Source of the DNA: Defluviicoccus sp.
Lineage (GTDB): Bacteria; Pseudomonadota; Alphaproteobacteria; MPNO01
Direction of reading: 5' to 3'
Assembly (NCBI GenBank): GCA_022823775.1
Contig: JAJEHI010000062.1
Span: forward strand, 1,851 to 65,850
Length of the DNA stretch: 64,000 nucleotides
Shown: positions 8,720-19,111 of the stretch, in pieces
Position numbering within the stretch: position 1 is the stretch's first letter
How the letters are laid out: each line of letters opens with the position of its first letter
Translations under genes and position numbers: made by a program
The notes under the pieces: model-generated
What the model was told of the DNA's origin: nothing
What the model saw: only the letters and a program-made list of their open reading frames with translations
Databases searched by the model: none

Positions 8720-10468
8720 TCAGGACGGGACAATGGGCAGAAGGAGATGGGACGGTCGGTCCGGACCCATGTGAATCGTCACGTCGCCGCCGTAAACCCT
8801 GGCCGGCCGGTCGCGCGAATCGTCGTGCTTGAACGGACCCACCCCGGTAAAGACGGCCCCCAGCGTGCCGAGTCCGACCGCCTGGCCGCCGGGCCATTCG
8901 TAGTCGCGCCCGCGCACCGACAGACCGACGCGATAGTCCTTGGGCACGACGATGCAGCTCGGCCAGATCTCGATATCGAGCTCGTAGACTTCGCCCGGAG
9001 TCAGGGGCTGGACCTCGTCGTGGGTGTGGTAGGGCCGGTAAGGCTCGGAGAGGCTTTGGTCGAGCTTGCGATGTGAGGCACGCAACCAGCCCTGTGCGAT
9101 GGGCGTGTTCGGGTCGAGCGCGCCCTGGAAGGTTACTTCCCTGAAATCGGGCGCGAACACGCGCACCACGAGGAACAAATCCGCATCCTCCGTCGACGAC
9201 GACACCCAGAGCTTGGCCGCCATGGGCCCGGTGATCTCGGTGTCCTCCGCCATCGGCGCGGTCACGAAGGTGGCGCCGTCGCCGAGCCCGGCATAGGTGA
9301 CGGTGCCGTCCGCCGCCGGCTCCTCGGTGAGCGCGTGGTCGCCGGCGTTGAGATGGAATTTCGTCCATCTCGTGCGCGGGATCGGCCAGGCGTCCTCGTG
9401 GCGCTCGACGAACTTCTCGCCCGGATGGCGGACCTGAAGCTGGACCCGGGGCTGGTCCTTCCAGCCGGTGTCCTCGCCTTTCAGGAAATGGCCGAAGAAC
9501 TTCTTCTGAAGGGCCACACCGTAATCGGTGTAGAACTCCGTCCAGTGCTCGATCCCGTGAACCTCCAGCCATTTCTGGTCCGAGGCCGAGCGCACGAATC
9601 CCTCGAAATTGCCGCGCGGATGGAGCCCCTGCCCGCCCCAGTTTCCGGACGAGAACAGCGGCACCTCCACCCTGGACCAGTCGGGCATGCGAGACTGCCA
9701 GTACTCGGCGCTGTCGAGCGGGTTGTCCTGGCAATCCTGCCAGAAATCGGCGCGGTTGGAGCCGAGCTCCTCCTGGCCGATTGTTGGCGGGCCCGCGACC
9801 CAGTCGCCGTTCATGCGGCTGCGGAACCCGTTCTTGCCGACGCCGTGTTGCACGGTCTTGACCTGGGACGGATACCAGGCGCGCCCGAAGGCGCACAGGA
9901 TGCCGCCGTGATAGGCGAGGTCGCGGTAAAAGTCGGCCGCGCCTTCCCAGATGCATATCGCCGCGAGATGCGGCGGCTGGAGCGCGGCGACCTGCCACTG
10001 GTTCATCGCGTAATACGAAATGCCGTTCGCGCCCACCTTGCCGTTCGACCACGCCTGGGTGCCCGCCCACTCGATGCAATCGTGGAAGTCGCGCGCCTCG
10101 CGCGCCGACCAGATATCGAGGAAGCCCGGCGAGCGTCCGGCGCCGCGCGAATCGACGCGCACCACGGCATAGCCGTCGGGAACCCATTTTTCCGGGTCGA
10201 CCACCTCCCAGTTCTGGTAGAGGTTGGACGAACCCGCGACCACGTCCGGATGGTTCTGGGCCATCCGGCGCCATTGATCGGTGTACAGGTCCTCGAAATG
10301 CAGGAGCTTCCCGTAGGGACCGTAAGAGATGATGACCGGGTATTTCCCGTCCTCGATCGGGCGGTAAACGTCGCAGCGGAGAACGACACCGTCATCCATC
10401 TCGATCGGCACGTCCCATTCGATCATCATCCCGTCCCTGATCTCGGTCCTGTGGTCGCTCATGAACAT
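8720..10468 (-). CDS. CocE/NonD family hydrolase (X-Pro dipeptidyl-peptidase S15-like alpha/beta hydrolase)
   Basis: The 582-aa protein carries a YPVIISYGPYGK N-terminal motif, the catalytic serine context GANGISYYA, and a C-terminal beta-sandwich domain. Confidence 0.8.
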   Translation of the reverse strand: MFMSDHRTEIRDGMMIEWDVPIEMDDGVVLRCDVYRPIEDGKYPVIISYGPYGKLLHFEDLYTDQWRRMAQNHPDVVAGSSNLYQNWEVVDPEKWVPDGYAVVRVDSRGAGRSPGFLDIWSAREARDFHDCIEWAGTQAWSNGKVGANGISYYAMNQWQVAALQPPHLAAICIWEGAADFYRDLAYHGGILCAFGRAWYPSQVKTVQHGVGKNGFRSRMNGDWVAGPPTIGQEELGSNRADFWQDCQDNPLDSAEYWQSRMPDWSRVEVPLFSSGNWGGQGLHPRGNFEGFVRSASDQKWLEVHGIEHWTEFYTDYGVALQKKFFGHFLKGEDTGWKDQPRVQLQVRHPGEKFVERHEDAWPIPRTRWTKFHLNAGDHALTEEPAADGTVTYAGLGDGATFVTAPMAEDTEITGPMAAKLWVSSSTEDADLFLVVRVFAPDFREVTFQGALDPNTPIAQGWLRASHRKLDQSLSEPYRPYHTHDEVQPLTPGEVYELDIEIWPSCIVVPKDYRVGLSVRGRDYEWPGGQAVGLGTLGAVFTGVGPFKHDDSRDRPARVYGGDVTIHMGPDRPSHLLLPIVPS

Positions 10469-10566
10469 CTCCAGTCAATGATGCCGCCCTGGATTTGACG
10501 TCTGGCGGTTTTCTGATACGACAAATATACGCCAATACGATAATCGGGCCAGAAGGGAGGGCAGCC

Positions 10567-11301
10567 ATGGCGGAACGCAGCGTGGAGATACTCGACCGGT
10601 CGGAGATGGTCGAAAGGATGACCGGGCTGCTGCAATTGAAGCCTGCGGAGACGGCCATCGTCACCGTAGACATGCATCGCGGCCATCTCGATCCGGAGGT
10701 CGCGACCATGCCGGCGAAGGCGGAAGACAGCGCCCGGGTGATCGCCAATGCCAAGGTAGTCCTCGACCTCGCGCGCGAGCACGGAATTCCGGTGATCCAC
10801 GTCATCCTGGTCTACCGCAGGATCCCAAGCTTGGGGAGCGAAGGCATGACGGCGCCGTTCTGGGCCGCGATGTCCGAGATCACCGACGAGGAAAACCGCC
10901 TGACTCTCGGCCGCAAATCGACCGTGAACGACCACAACATCGAGGGCAGCCCCGGCACGCAGATCATTTCCGCGCTCTATGCCGAGACCGACTACGTGAT
11001 CGACAACAAGAAGCGGCTCGATTGCTTCATGGGGACCGACCTTGACATGCTGCTGGAAAATGTCGGGGCAAGAAATGTGTGCCTGATGGGCATCAACACC
11101 AACACCTGCGTCCTCAACACGGCCTTCACCGCGCACAACAAGAACTATGCGGCGGTGGTGCTGTCCGATTGCGTCGCCAGCATGTATGGCGACGACCTCC
11201 ACGAATTCGGACTTCAGAATGTCATGCGGTGCCTCGGCTGGGTGCTCGACAACGAACAGTTCGCCCGAAAGCTCGAAGAGGGGCGCCGGCTCAACGCCTA
11301 G
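10567..11301 (+). CDS. Isochorismatase-family cysteine hydrolase (amidase-type)
   Basis: Starting at MAERSVEIL it reads VTVDMHRGHLDP...NVCLMGINTNTCVLNTAF, the catalytic cysteine context of the isochorismatase fold. The ATG is in frame with track ORF 10495 and is preceded by GGGAGGG. Confidence 0.8.
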   Translation: MAERSVEILDRSEMVERMTGLLQLKPAETAIVTVDMHRGHLDPEVATMPAKAEDSARVIANAKVVLDLAREHGIPVIHVILVYRRIPSLGSEGMTAPFWAAMSEITDEENRLTLGRKSTVNDHNIEGSPGTQIISALYAETDYVIDNKKRLDCFMGTDLDMLLENVGARNVCLMGINTNTCVLNTAFTAHNKNYAAVVLSDCVASMYGDDLHEFGLQNVMRCLGWVLDNEQFARKLEEGRRLNA

Positions 11302-11945
11302 GTGTCGGAGGGGAAGTCGGGCTGTTTCGTCGGATGGGCGTCGGCGAACGCATCGAGCGCCATGCAGGTCTCGAAAATCCGCATCGCGGTCGGATAAGCC
11401 TCCATCGGACAGCCGAACATGCGGCTGCCGACGATCTGCGGTACCAGGCAGAGATCGGCGAGGCCCGGCCGATCACCGTGGCAATAAGCTCCGGTATCGG
11501 AGCCGGCCGCCAGATGAGCCTCCATGGCGGCAAGGCCAGCGCCCATCCAATTGCGGATCCAGGCCGCAAGCTGCTCGTCCGACAGTTCGAGATCCTCGGT
11601 CAGATACTTCCGGATCCGCGGGACGATCAGCGGATGCGAATCCGAACTCGCGATCTGGGCAATGCCTCGCACCCGAGCGCGACCCGTGGGATCGGCCGGA
11701 AGCAGCGGCGGCTCGGGGCAGGTCTCGTCGAGATACTCGACGATCGCGAGGGACTGGAAGAGGGCCGTGCCGCCGTCGACCAGCGTGGGCACGACGGGTT
11801 GGGGATTGACCGCGAGATAGGACTCCCGGAACTGGTCGCCCTCAAGCAGATCGATCGTCTCAATGTCACACGGAATTCCCTTGAGATTGAGCGCGATGCG
11901 CACGCGAAACGACGCGAGCGAACGCCAGTAACTGAACAGTTTCAT
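11298..11945 (-). CDS. Maleylacetoacetate/maleylpyruvate isomerase-like zeta-class glutathione S-transferase
   Basis: N-terminus MKLFSYWRSLASFRVRIALNLKGI...NPQPVVPTLVDGGTALFQSLAIVEYLDE matches the MaiA/GST-zeta pattern. Its stop overlaps the isochorismatase stop on the opposite strand. Confidence 0.8.
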   Translation of the reverse strand: MKLFSYWRSLASFRVRIALNLKGIPCDIETIDLLEGDQFRESYLAVNPQPVVPTLVDGGTALFQSLAIVEYLDETCPEPPLLPADPTGRARVRGIAQIASSDSHPLIVPRIRKYLTEDLELSDEQLAAWIRNWMGAGLAAMEAHLAAGSDTGAYCHGDRPGLADLCLVPQIVGSRMFGCPMEAYPTAMRIFETCMALDAFADAHPTKQPDFPSDT

Positions 11946-11977
11946 CTTTCCTTTCCCCAACGTCCCGGAGCCGCGCC

Positions 11978-13132
11978 GTGAGCGATACAGGAACGACCAG
12001 ATTTGCCAACCTTTTTTCGCCGGGGCGAATCGGCGGCGTCGCGCTGGACAACCGCGCCGTCGTCGCGCCGATGACGCGGATCAGCGCGGGTCCGGGCGGG
12101 CTGGCGACCGACGAGATGGCGACCTATTACGCCGACTACGCCCGCGGCGGGTTCGGGCTGGTCATCACCGAGGGCACCTATATCGACGAAGCCCACAGCC
12201 AGGGCTATGTCGACCAGCCCGGCATCGCCAACGACGCCCAGCGCGATTCCTGGAAGAAGGTGGTGGACGCCGTCCACGCCGAGGGCGTGGCGATCTTCAT
12301 GCAGTTGCTGCACGCGGGCGCGCTGATCCAGCACAACGACTATGTCGGCGAGGCCGTCGCCCCGTCGGCCGTGGAACCGGTGGGCGAGATGGCGCCGCAC
12401 TACAAGGGCGACGGAAAGTTTCCTATTCCGCGCGAAATCACCAGACAGGAAATGAAGGACATCGCCGCGGGGTTCGGCGCCGCTGCCGTCAGGGCGATCG
12501 ACTCCGGTTTCGACGGCGCGGAGATCCATGGCGCGAATGGATATCTCGCCGATCAATTCCTCACCGATTACACCAATGCGCGCGACGACGAGTACGGCGG
12601 GCCGACGGCGCGAAGGGTACGCTACCACACGGAAATCGTCGCCGCCGTGAAGCAGTCGCTCAACGGCCGCGCCCCATTCGGGATTCGCATCTCCGAGACC
12701 AAGGTCAACGATCTGGCCCATAGCTGGGCGGACGGAGCCGACGACGCGAAGACGATTTTCGGCGCGGTTGGCGAGGCGGGGCCGAGCTACATCCACGTCA
12801 ACGCCCATCGCGGCTTCGAACCGGTCTTCGGGTCAGGCAAGTCGCTCGCCCGCCTGGCCCGGGAAGCTGCGCCGGGCGACGTGGCGATCGTCGCCTGCGG
12901 CAAGCTGAACGACCCTTCCCTGGCGGACGCACTGCTCGAAGACGGGACCGCCGATGCGGCCGCGATCGCCAAGGGCGCGCTCGCCGACCCCCACTGGCCG
13001 AGAAAGATCGCGCGGGACGAGACGCCTGTGGCCTTCGATCCGGAAATGCTCCGCCCCTATGCCACTCTGGAAAACGTCAGGCGGTGGAAAGAAGGCCGAG
13101 GATTGCGGAATGCCGCGCGGGTCGGCCAGTAG
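11978..13132 (+). CDS. NADH:flavin oxidoreductase, Old Yellow Enzyme family
   Basis: The 384-aa protein shows a TIM-barrel FMN oxidoreductase pattern (APMTR...HAGALIQH...HGANGYLADQFL). Confidence 0.85.
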   Translation: MSDTGTTRFANLFSPGRIGGVALDNRAVVAPMTRISAGPGGLATDEMATYYADYARGGFGLVITEGTYIDEAHSQGYVDQPGIANDAQRDSWKKVVDAVHAEGVAIFMQLLHAGALIQHNDYVGEAVAPSAVEPVGEMAPHYKGDGKFPIPREITRQEMKDIAAGFGAAAVRAIDSGFDGAEIHGANGYLADQFLTDYTNARDDEYGGPTARRVRYHTEIVAAVKQSLNGRAPFGIRISETKVNDLAHSWADGADDAKTIFGAVGEAGPSYIHVNAHRGFEPVFGSGKSLARLAREAAPGDVAIVACGKLNDPSLADALLEDGTADAAAIAKGALADPHWPRKIARDETPVAFDPEMLRPYATLENVRRWKEGRGLRNAARVGQ

Positions 13133-13142
13133 CGCCCTCCGC

Positions 13143-14018
13143 TCACTCCTCGCAGAAATCGAACCAGGTGGTGCCGTTCTCCGCCCTGATGCGGCCCGCC
13201 GACGCGCCAGGAAAATGGGCCGGCAGAATCACCGTGTCGGTATCGGCATAGCGCTCGACGAAGGCCATCCGGGTGCGACGCGACTCCTCGGGATCGGTGC
13301 AGTAAACCGTGGAAAGCTGGGGCTCCGGCACCTGTAGCGGGTAGTGCATGAGATCGCCCGAAAACACCGCCGTCTCGCCGCCCCGCGCGAGGTTGAGGCA
13401 GTTATGGCCGGGGGTATGCCCCGGCGTAGGCTCGATGGAAAACCCGGTCTCGATCTCGAAGTCCTTGTCGACGAACGTCACCTGACCGGCCTCCACCACC
13501 GGCAGCACGCTGTCGACGAACACGCTGTGCATGTGGTCGATCTCCTTGTGCGCCGTCTCCCAGTGGCGGTACTCGGTATCGCCGAACAAGTAGGTCGCGT
13601 TCGGGAAGGTCGGCACCCAGCGGCCGTTCTCCAGCCTCGTGTTCCAGCCGACGTGATCGACGTGGAGGTGGGTGCAGAAAACGAAGTCGATGTCTTCTGG
13701 TGTCGCGCCGGCAGCCTTCAGGCTGGCGAGCCACGGCCATTTCTTGCGATGCCAGTTGGGGAAATGGGGGCGTTCCTTGTCCTCCCCGACGCAGGCGTCG
13801 ATCAAAATGGTGTATCGGCCGGTTCTGACCAGGTAGCTCTGGAAGGCGAAGATCATCTTCCCGGTTTCGGGCGCCAGGCAGACGGGTTCGAGCCAGTGGC
13901 GGTGGCGCTCGACCATTTCGGGGGTGGCGTCCGGGTAGACCTCCAGGGGATCGCGATATGGCCGAACCGCTTCCCGCACGGCCCAGATGCCGACATCCCC
14001 GCAGCGTCTCGGTTTCAT
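13143..14018 (-). CDS. MBL-fold metallo-hydrolase
   Basis: The metal-binding motif THLHVDHVGW is present. The ATG at 14018 is in frame within track ORF 13143..14261 and is preceded by GAGGAGG. Confidence 0.75.
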   Translation of the reverse strand: MKPRRCGDVGIWAVREAVRPYRDPLEVYPDATPEMVERHRHWLEPVCLAPETGKMIFAFQSYLVRTGRYTILIDACVGEDKERPHFPNWHRKKWPWLASLKAAGATPEDIDFVFCTHLHVDHVGWNTRLENGRWVPTFPNATYLFGDTEYRHWETAHKEIDHMHSVFVDSVLPVVEAGQVTFVDKDFEIETGFSIEPTPGHTPGHNCLNLARGGETAVFSGDLMHYPLQVPEPQLSTVYCTDPEESRRTRMAFVERYADTDTVILPAHFPGASAGRIRAENGTTWFDFCEE

Positions 14019-14342
14019 CCCCGCCTCCTCACCGTTGCAGAACCCTATCACGCGGGGAGGATGCCACTTCAGGCTTTCTCGCCCCATATGCACGAGCGTC
14101 CCAACCGAAAGGCGCAAGGGAGCTGTTGCCGCCATCGTCGCGAGACGAACGATCGAGCTGGCGTCGTTCGCACGGTCGGGACGAGGGTGACGGTGCGTCG
14201 CCCCACGCCCGGATCCCTCCCATACGCTACCGGGACATCCAAACGGCTGGCGTGGTGGCAAGCTCTCACACCCAGTATCCAGTCGACTGCCTCGCCAGCG
14301 GACCCAAAATCCCTCCGCCGGGGTGGTTTGGCCTGCGCCCGG

Positions 14343-15275
14343 TCAGTTCCTGCGATACGGTATTCCGATCGCCGCCGGCCCCTGGCTCTTGCCGCCGACG
14401 ACGATGAGAATGGCGAGCGTCAGCACATAGGGAAACATCAGCATGAACTGGTGCGGGATGGCGAGCCCGACCGCCTGGCCGCGGAACTGAAGGGCGTCGG
14501 CGGCGCCGAAGATCAGGCAGGCTATCATGCCGCCGACCGGGTTCCAGCGCCCGAAGATCAGCGCCGCCAGCGCGATGAAGCCGCGCCCGGCGACCATCTC
14601 GTCCTGGAAGAAGTGCAGCTGTCCGAGCGAGAGAAACGCCCCGCCAGCGCCGGCCAGCGCGCCCGACAGCACCGTGCAGGCATAGCGTACCCGGAGCGGA
14701 TCGATGCCGACCGAGGACGCGGCATGCGGGTGCTCTCCGGCGGCGGTGATCATCAACCCCCAGCGCGTCCTGTAGAGGATCACCCAGAGCACGGGGACCA
14801 GCAGGAAGGCGACATAGACCAGGGCGTGCTGGTGGAAGAGGACCGGCCCGAGCAAAGGGAGGTCGGCCAGCAGGGGCAGCGAGACAAGATCGAAATGGGG
14901 CACCACGCGCTGCTGCTCCTTGAGCCCGAAGACGATGCGGATCAAGAAGCTGGAGAGGCCGAGGCCGAGCAGGTTGATCGCGGTGCCCGAGACGATCTGG
15001 TTGGCGCCCAGAGATATCGAGACGAAGGCGTGGATCCAGGCGACCAGGGCGCCGGCGACGACCCCGCAGGCGAAGCCCAGCCACGGCGAGCCGATGAACC
15101 AGGCGCCGAACACGCCCGTAAGCGCAGCCATCAGCATGGTGCCTTCGAGGCCGATATTGATGATGCCCGCGCGCTCGTTGAGGATTCCGCCGAGCGTGGC
15201 GAACAGCAGCGGCGTCGCCAGCCGGATCGTGGCGGCGAAGTAATCGGGGTCAAGCAGGCCGAAGAACATCTCCAT
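14343..15275 (-). CDS. ABC transporter permease (BMP/nucleoside-type, second permease)
   Basis: 310-aa polytopic membrane protein in an operon with the BMP-family binding protein. Confidence 0.85.
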   Translation of the reverse strand: MEMFFGLLDPDYFAATIRLATPLLFATLGGILNERAGIINIGLEGTMLMAALTGVFGAWFIGSPWLGFACGVVAGALVAWIHAFVSISLGANQIVSGTAINLLGLGLSSFLIRIVFGLKEQQRVVPHFDLVSLPLLADLPLLGPVLFHQHALVYVAFLLVPVLWVILYRTRWGLMITAAGEHPHAASSVGIDPLRVRYACTVLSGALAGAGGAFLSLGQLHFFQDEMVAGRGFIALAALIFGRWNPVGGMIACLIFGAADALQFRGQAVGLAIPHQFMLMFPYVLTLAILIVVGGKSQGPAAIGIPYRRN

Positions 15276-15285
15276 CGCCGCCCCC

Positions 15286-16338
15286 TCAACCCCGCCTGCG
15301 CCGGCGGTGCCATTCGAGCACCGCGACGCCGAGGATGAACAGGATGACCATGCCCTGAATCACCAGGATCAGCGAGGTCGGGAGCCCGGTCGTCCTCTGC
15401 ATCTGGTTGGCGCCGACCCTGAGGGCGGCGAACAGGAAGGCCGCGAACACCACGCCGATGGGATCCGACCGGCCGAGGAACGCCACCGCGATTCCGTCGA
15501 AGCCGTAGCCCGGGGAGAAGAAGTCGAGCAGTCGGTACTGGCCGCCGATCATCTCGGTGGTGCCGGCGAGCCCCGCGAGCCCGCCGGAGACGCTCATCGC
15601 GCCGAACACGTAGCGGTTGACGGGCACCCCGGCGAAGCGCGCGGTCCCCGTCGACTCGCCGACTGCGCGCAGCTTCAGCCCGAACGGCGTGCGCCACAGA
15701 ACATAGGCCGTGACGAGGGCGAAACCGACGGCGATGAAGATGGCGATCGAAAGGTCCGACTTGGCGTACAGGACCGGAAGCCGGGCGCTCTCGGCGACCA
15801 TGGCCGTCTGGTGGAAGAAGCCGGGCGGTTCCGCCAGCGGGCCGTGGACCAGGTAGCTCACGAAGAATATCGCGACGAAGTTGAGCATGATCGTCGAAAT
15901 GATTTCGTTGATCCCTCGTGCGGACCGCAGATAGCCCGCGACTCCGCCCCACGCCGCGCCGGCCATGAACCCACCGGCAATGGCGAGCGCGATGTGCAGC
16001 ACCGCCGGCAGGCCGGTGAGGTAGATCCCGATTACCACGCTCGCCAGCGCGCCGGCGTAGAGCTGCCCCTCCGCGCCGATATTGAGCAGGTTGCAGCGGA
16101 AGGCGAATGCCACGGCGAGCCCGGTGAAGATCAGCGGAGTGGTGCGCGCGAGAGTGTTGCCGAGCGCGAACCCGTCGCCGACGGCGCCTTGAAGCAGTGC
16201 CCAATAGGCGACGAGGGGGTCGGCGCCGGCGAGCAGGATCAGCACCGCGCTCGCCGCCAAAGCGAGCGCGATGGCCGCGAGCGAAATCGATGTCGCGCGC
16301 AGAACCTCGGGAATGCGTGCGGCCGCAGCCTCACTCAC
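15286..16338 (-). CDS. ABC transporter permease (BMP/nucleoside-type, first permease)
   Basis: 350-aa polytopic membrane protein. Its start overlaps the stop of the ATPase gene. Confidence 0.85.
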   Translation of the reverse strand: MSEAAAARIPEVLRATSISLAAIALALAASAVLILLAGADPLVAYWALLQGAVGDGFALGNTLARTTPLIFTGLAVAFAFRCNLLNIGAEGQLYAGALASVVIGIYLTGLPAVLHIALAIAGGFMAGAAWGGVAGYLRSARGINEIISTIMLNFVAIFFVSYLVHGPLAEPPGFFHQTAMVAESARLPVLYAKSDLSIAIFIAVGFALVTAYVLWRTPFGLKLRAVGESTGTARFAGVPVNRYVFGAMSVSGGLAGLAGTTEMIGGQYRLLDFFSPGYGFDGIAVAFLGRSDPIGVVFAAFLFAALRVGANQMQRTTGLPTSLILVIQGMVILFILGVAVLEWHRRRRRG

Positions 16339-17861
16339 GATGCGCTCCCCGTCGCAGCCTCGCGCGACGCGATCCCCGACATCATCAACCCGATGGTCTC
16401 ACGCGTCACCTCGTCGGCGTTCACCTGCCCCATCGCCCGACCCTCGTACATCACCAGTATCCGGTCGCTGAGGGCGAGGATCTCATCGAGCTCGGTGGAG
16501 ACCAGGAGGATCGCCATGCCGTCGTCGCGCGCGGCCAGCAAGCGCCGGTGGACGTATTCGGTTGCGCCCACGTCGAGCCCGCGGGTCGGCTGCGCCGCCA
16601 ACAGCAGCTTCGGGCCGAGACCGAGCTCGCGCGCAAGCACGAGCTTTTGCTGATTTCCGCCCGACAGCACGGAAGCCGGGATGTCGGGACCCGGCGCCTT
16701 GATCGAGAAGGTTTCGATCGCCCGCACGGTCGCATCGCGCATCGCGCCCACGCGGAGCCAGAAGGGCGAGCCGAACGGGGGGCGGCCACTCGACTTGAGG
16801 GCCAGGTTCTCCCACAGACGGAAAGACATCAGGAGGCCGGTCTGGTGGCGGTCCTCGGTGACATGACCGATATCGCGGAACCGCGCGCCGCGCGAGGGGG
16901 CAAGCCCGGGCAGGTCGAGGCGCCCGTCTTCGACGGCGCGCACGCCCGCGATCGCCTCCGTCAGCTCCTTCTGGCCGTTGCCGTCGACGCCGGCGATTCC
17001 GAGTATTTCGCCCTCGAACAGCGAAAATCCGACGCCGTCTACCGCGCGCAAGCCCCGGTCGTCCCGGACGCTCAGGTCTTCGATCCACAAGACCGGGGCG
17101 CCCGGCCGGCTGCTGCGCCTGCGCGGCGGCACGATGTCGCGGCCCACCATGAGTCTGGCGAGTTCGGACGGGTCGGTCTCGGCGGCGGCCACCGTGCCGG
17201 CGAGCCGACCGCCGCGCAGCACGCTGATCCGGTCGGCGACCTCCATCACCTCGTTGAGCTTGTGCGAGATAAAGATGATTGCCTTGCCGCTTGCCGCAAG
17301 GCTCCGCAGGACGCCGATCAGGTGTTCCACCTCCGATGGCGCCAGCACCGCCGTCGGCTCGTCGAGGATCAACAGATCGGCATCGCGGTAGAGCGCCTTC
17401 AGGATCTCCACCCGTTGCTGGGCGCCGACAGGCAATTGCCATACCTGGGCGTCGGTATCGATGTCGAGCCCGTGCGCCGCGGCGAGTTCGCGGATGCGGG
17501 CGGCGGCCGTCCTGAGGTCGAGCAGGGGGCTGCCCCGCGCGTTCGCGGTCTTGAGGCCGAGTACGATGTTCTCGACCACGGTGAGCGGCGGGACCAGCAT
17601 GAAGTGCTGATGCACCATGCCGATCCCGGCGGCGATGGCATCGATCGGAGAGGTGAAGCCAACCTCCTCACCGTCCAGCAGCATGCGCCCGGAATCCGGC
17701 CGGTGCAGGCCGTAGAGCGCATTCATCAGTGTCGTCTTACCCGAGCCGTTCTCCCCCAGAAGCGCGTGGATCTCGCCACGGTCGACCGCAAAATCGACGC
17801 GGTCGTTGGCCACCACGCCCGGGAAGGTCTTGGTGATCCGCTCCATGCGCAAGAGGGGCAT
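16335..17861 (-). CDS. ABC transporter ATP-binding protein with duplicated ATPase domains (sugar/nucleoside importer type)
   Basis: Two nucleotide-binding domains are present: GENGSGKTT with LPVGAQQRVEILKAL in the first, and LSGGNQQKLVLAREL in the second. Confidence 0.9.
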   Translation of the reverse strand: MPLLRMERITKTFPGVVANDRVDFAVDRGEIHALLGENGSGKTTLMNALYGLHRPDSGRMLLDGEEVGFTSPIDAIAAGIGMVHQHFMLVPPLTVVENIVLGLKTANARGSPLLDLRTAAARIRELAAAHGLDIDTDAQVWQLPVGAQQRVEILKALYRDADLLILDEPTAVLAPSEVEHLIGVLRSLAASGKAIIFISHKLNEVMEVADRISVLRGGRLAGTVAAAETDPSELARLMVGRDIVPPRRRSSRPGAPVLWIEDLSVRDDRGLRAVDGVGFSLFEGEILGIAGVDGNGQKELTEAIAGVRAVEDGRLDLPGLAPSRGARFRDIGHVTEDRHQTGLLMSFRLWENLALKSSGRPPFGSPFWLRVGAMRDATVRAIETFSIKAPGPDIPASVLSGGNQQKLVLARELGLGPKLLLAAQPTRGLDVGATEYVHRRLLAARDDGMAILLVSTELDEILALSDRILVMYEGRAMGQVNADEVTRETIGLMMSGIASREAATGSAS

Positions 17862-17938
17862 CGCCAGATTCCCAGAGATGCGGAATGAAGACGCCCGCCG
17901 CGCTGAGGGCGGCGGGCGATATCGCGCTGCCGGCCGGC

Positions 17939-18961
17939 CTAGATCTTGTTGATCTTCTGCTTCATCAGCGCCGGCACGTTGGGCGCTGGGACCTTGACCG
18001 CACCGGACTTGATGTCGGCGACCAGTTTGGCGACCTCGGCCTTCACGCTGTCCGGAACCATCGGCCCGTAGGGGCCGACCTCAAGCACTCCGGACGCGAG
18101 CCCGAAGCTGTTCGGTCCCGCCTTGAACTTGCCGTCCATCACCGACCGGATCGACTTGAGCAGCATGTCGTCCACCTTGATCACCGCCGAGGAGACGACG
18201 AGATCGGGGGCGAGGCTCCTCTGGTCGGCGAAATAGCCGATCACCGGCACCTTCTTCTCCTTCGCCGCCTGGATCACGCCCAGCCCAGTCGCGTCCGCCA
18301 TGTGGGCCACGATGTCGGCGCCCTGCGAGATCACCGCGCGCGCCGCCTCCTTGCCCTTGACCGCGTCGTAGAAGGTCCCGGTATAGATCGCGACGAATTT
18401 CGCCTTGGGCTTGGCGGCCAGCACTCCCTTGCGGAAGGCGTCCACCTGGATCCGGATCGGCGGGATTTCCCAGCCGCCGACCGCTCCGACGATGCCGGCC
18501 TTGCTGAGCTTGGCGGCCAACTGGCCGGTCACATAGAACAGCTCCTGGAAGGAGACGTAGAGATTGGCGAGGTTCTTGGCCTTGCCCGAACCATAGGTGT
18601 TGAAGAAATGCTTGTCGGGGTTTTCCGCCGCGACCTTGGCGATCGCATCGCCCCATTGGAATCCGTGGGCGTAGATCACGTTGTAGCCGCGATTGGCGTA
18701 GTCGCGAAGCGTGGCGACGAAATCGGGCCGCTTGACGCTTTCCGAAAACGCCACTTCCACCTTGTCGCCCAGGGTCTTCTTGATCAGCATCAGCCCGGCA
18801 TGCGCGCTGGCATTGAAGCCCTTGTCGCTGACCGCGCCGGGCAGAGCCAGCGCTACCTTGATCTTTTCCGCGCTGGCTGCGCTGGCGGACAGGGCGAGGC
18901 CGGCGGCGGCGGAAAGCGCGAGCAGGTTCCTTATAGCCGATAGGCGTGACTTGTCTCGCAT
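17939..18961 (-). CDS. BMP-family ABC transporter substrate-binding lipoprotein/periplasmic protein (purine nucleoside-binding type)
   Basis: A signal peptide is followed by IKVALALPGAVSDKGFNASAHAGL, the typical Bmp/PnrA N-terminal motif. Confidence 0.85.
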   Translation of the reverse strand: MRDKSRLSAIRNLLALSAAAGLALSASAASAEKIKVALALPGAVSDKGFNASAHAGLMLIKKTLGDKVEVAFSESVKRPDFVATLRDYANRGYNVIYAHGFQWGDAIAKVAAENPDKHFFNTYGSGKAKNLANLYVSFQELFYVTGQLAAKLSKAGIVGAVGGWEIPPIRIQVDAFRKGVLAAKPKAKFVAIYTGTFYDAVKGKEAARAVISQGADIVAHMADATGLGVIQAAKEKKVPVIGYFADQRSLAPDLVVSSAVIKVDDMLLKSIRSVMDGKFKAGPNSFGLASGVLEVGPYGPMVPDSVKAEVAKLVADIKSGAVKVPAPNVPALMKQKINKI

Positions 18962-19111
18962 TGGCCGTTCCTCCTGTGGGTTGTTGTCGTTCTATGGCAC
19001 CAGCAAAAGTGTAAATCGCGACGAGTCCGCGTCAATAGATGCCCCTTGCGGGGCGCGCTCTGCCTTCCCAGAATTCGCGGACGCCGTCCTGCGCGGGAGC
19101 GCCCGCCCGTC

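Noticed and set aside
16271-16471. Small ORFs embedded in ABC transporter genes (for example 16271-16471 and 16681-16866)
   Set aside because: They overlap strongly supported transporter CDSs in other frames and have no independent support.
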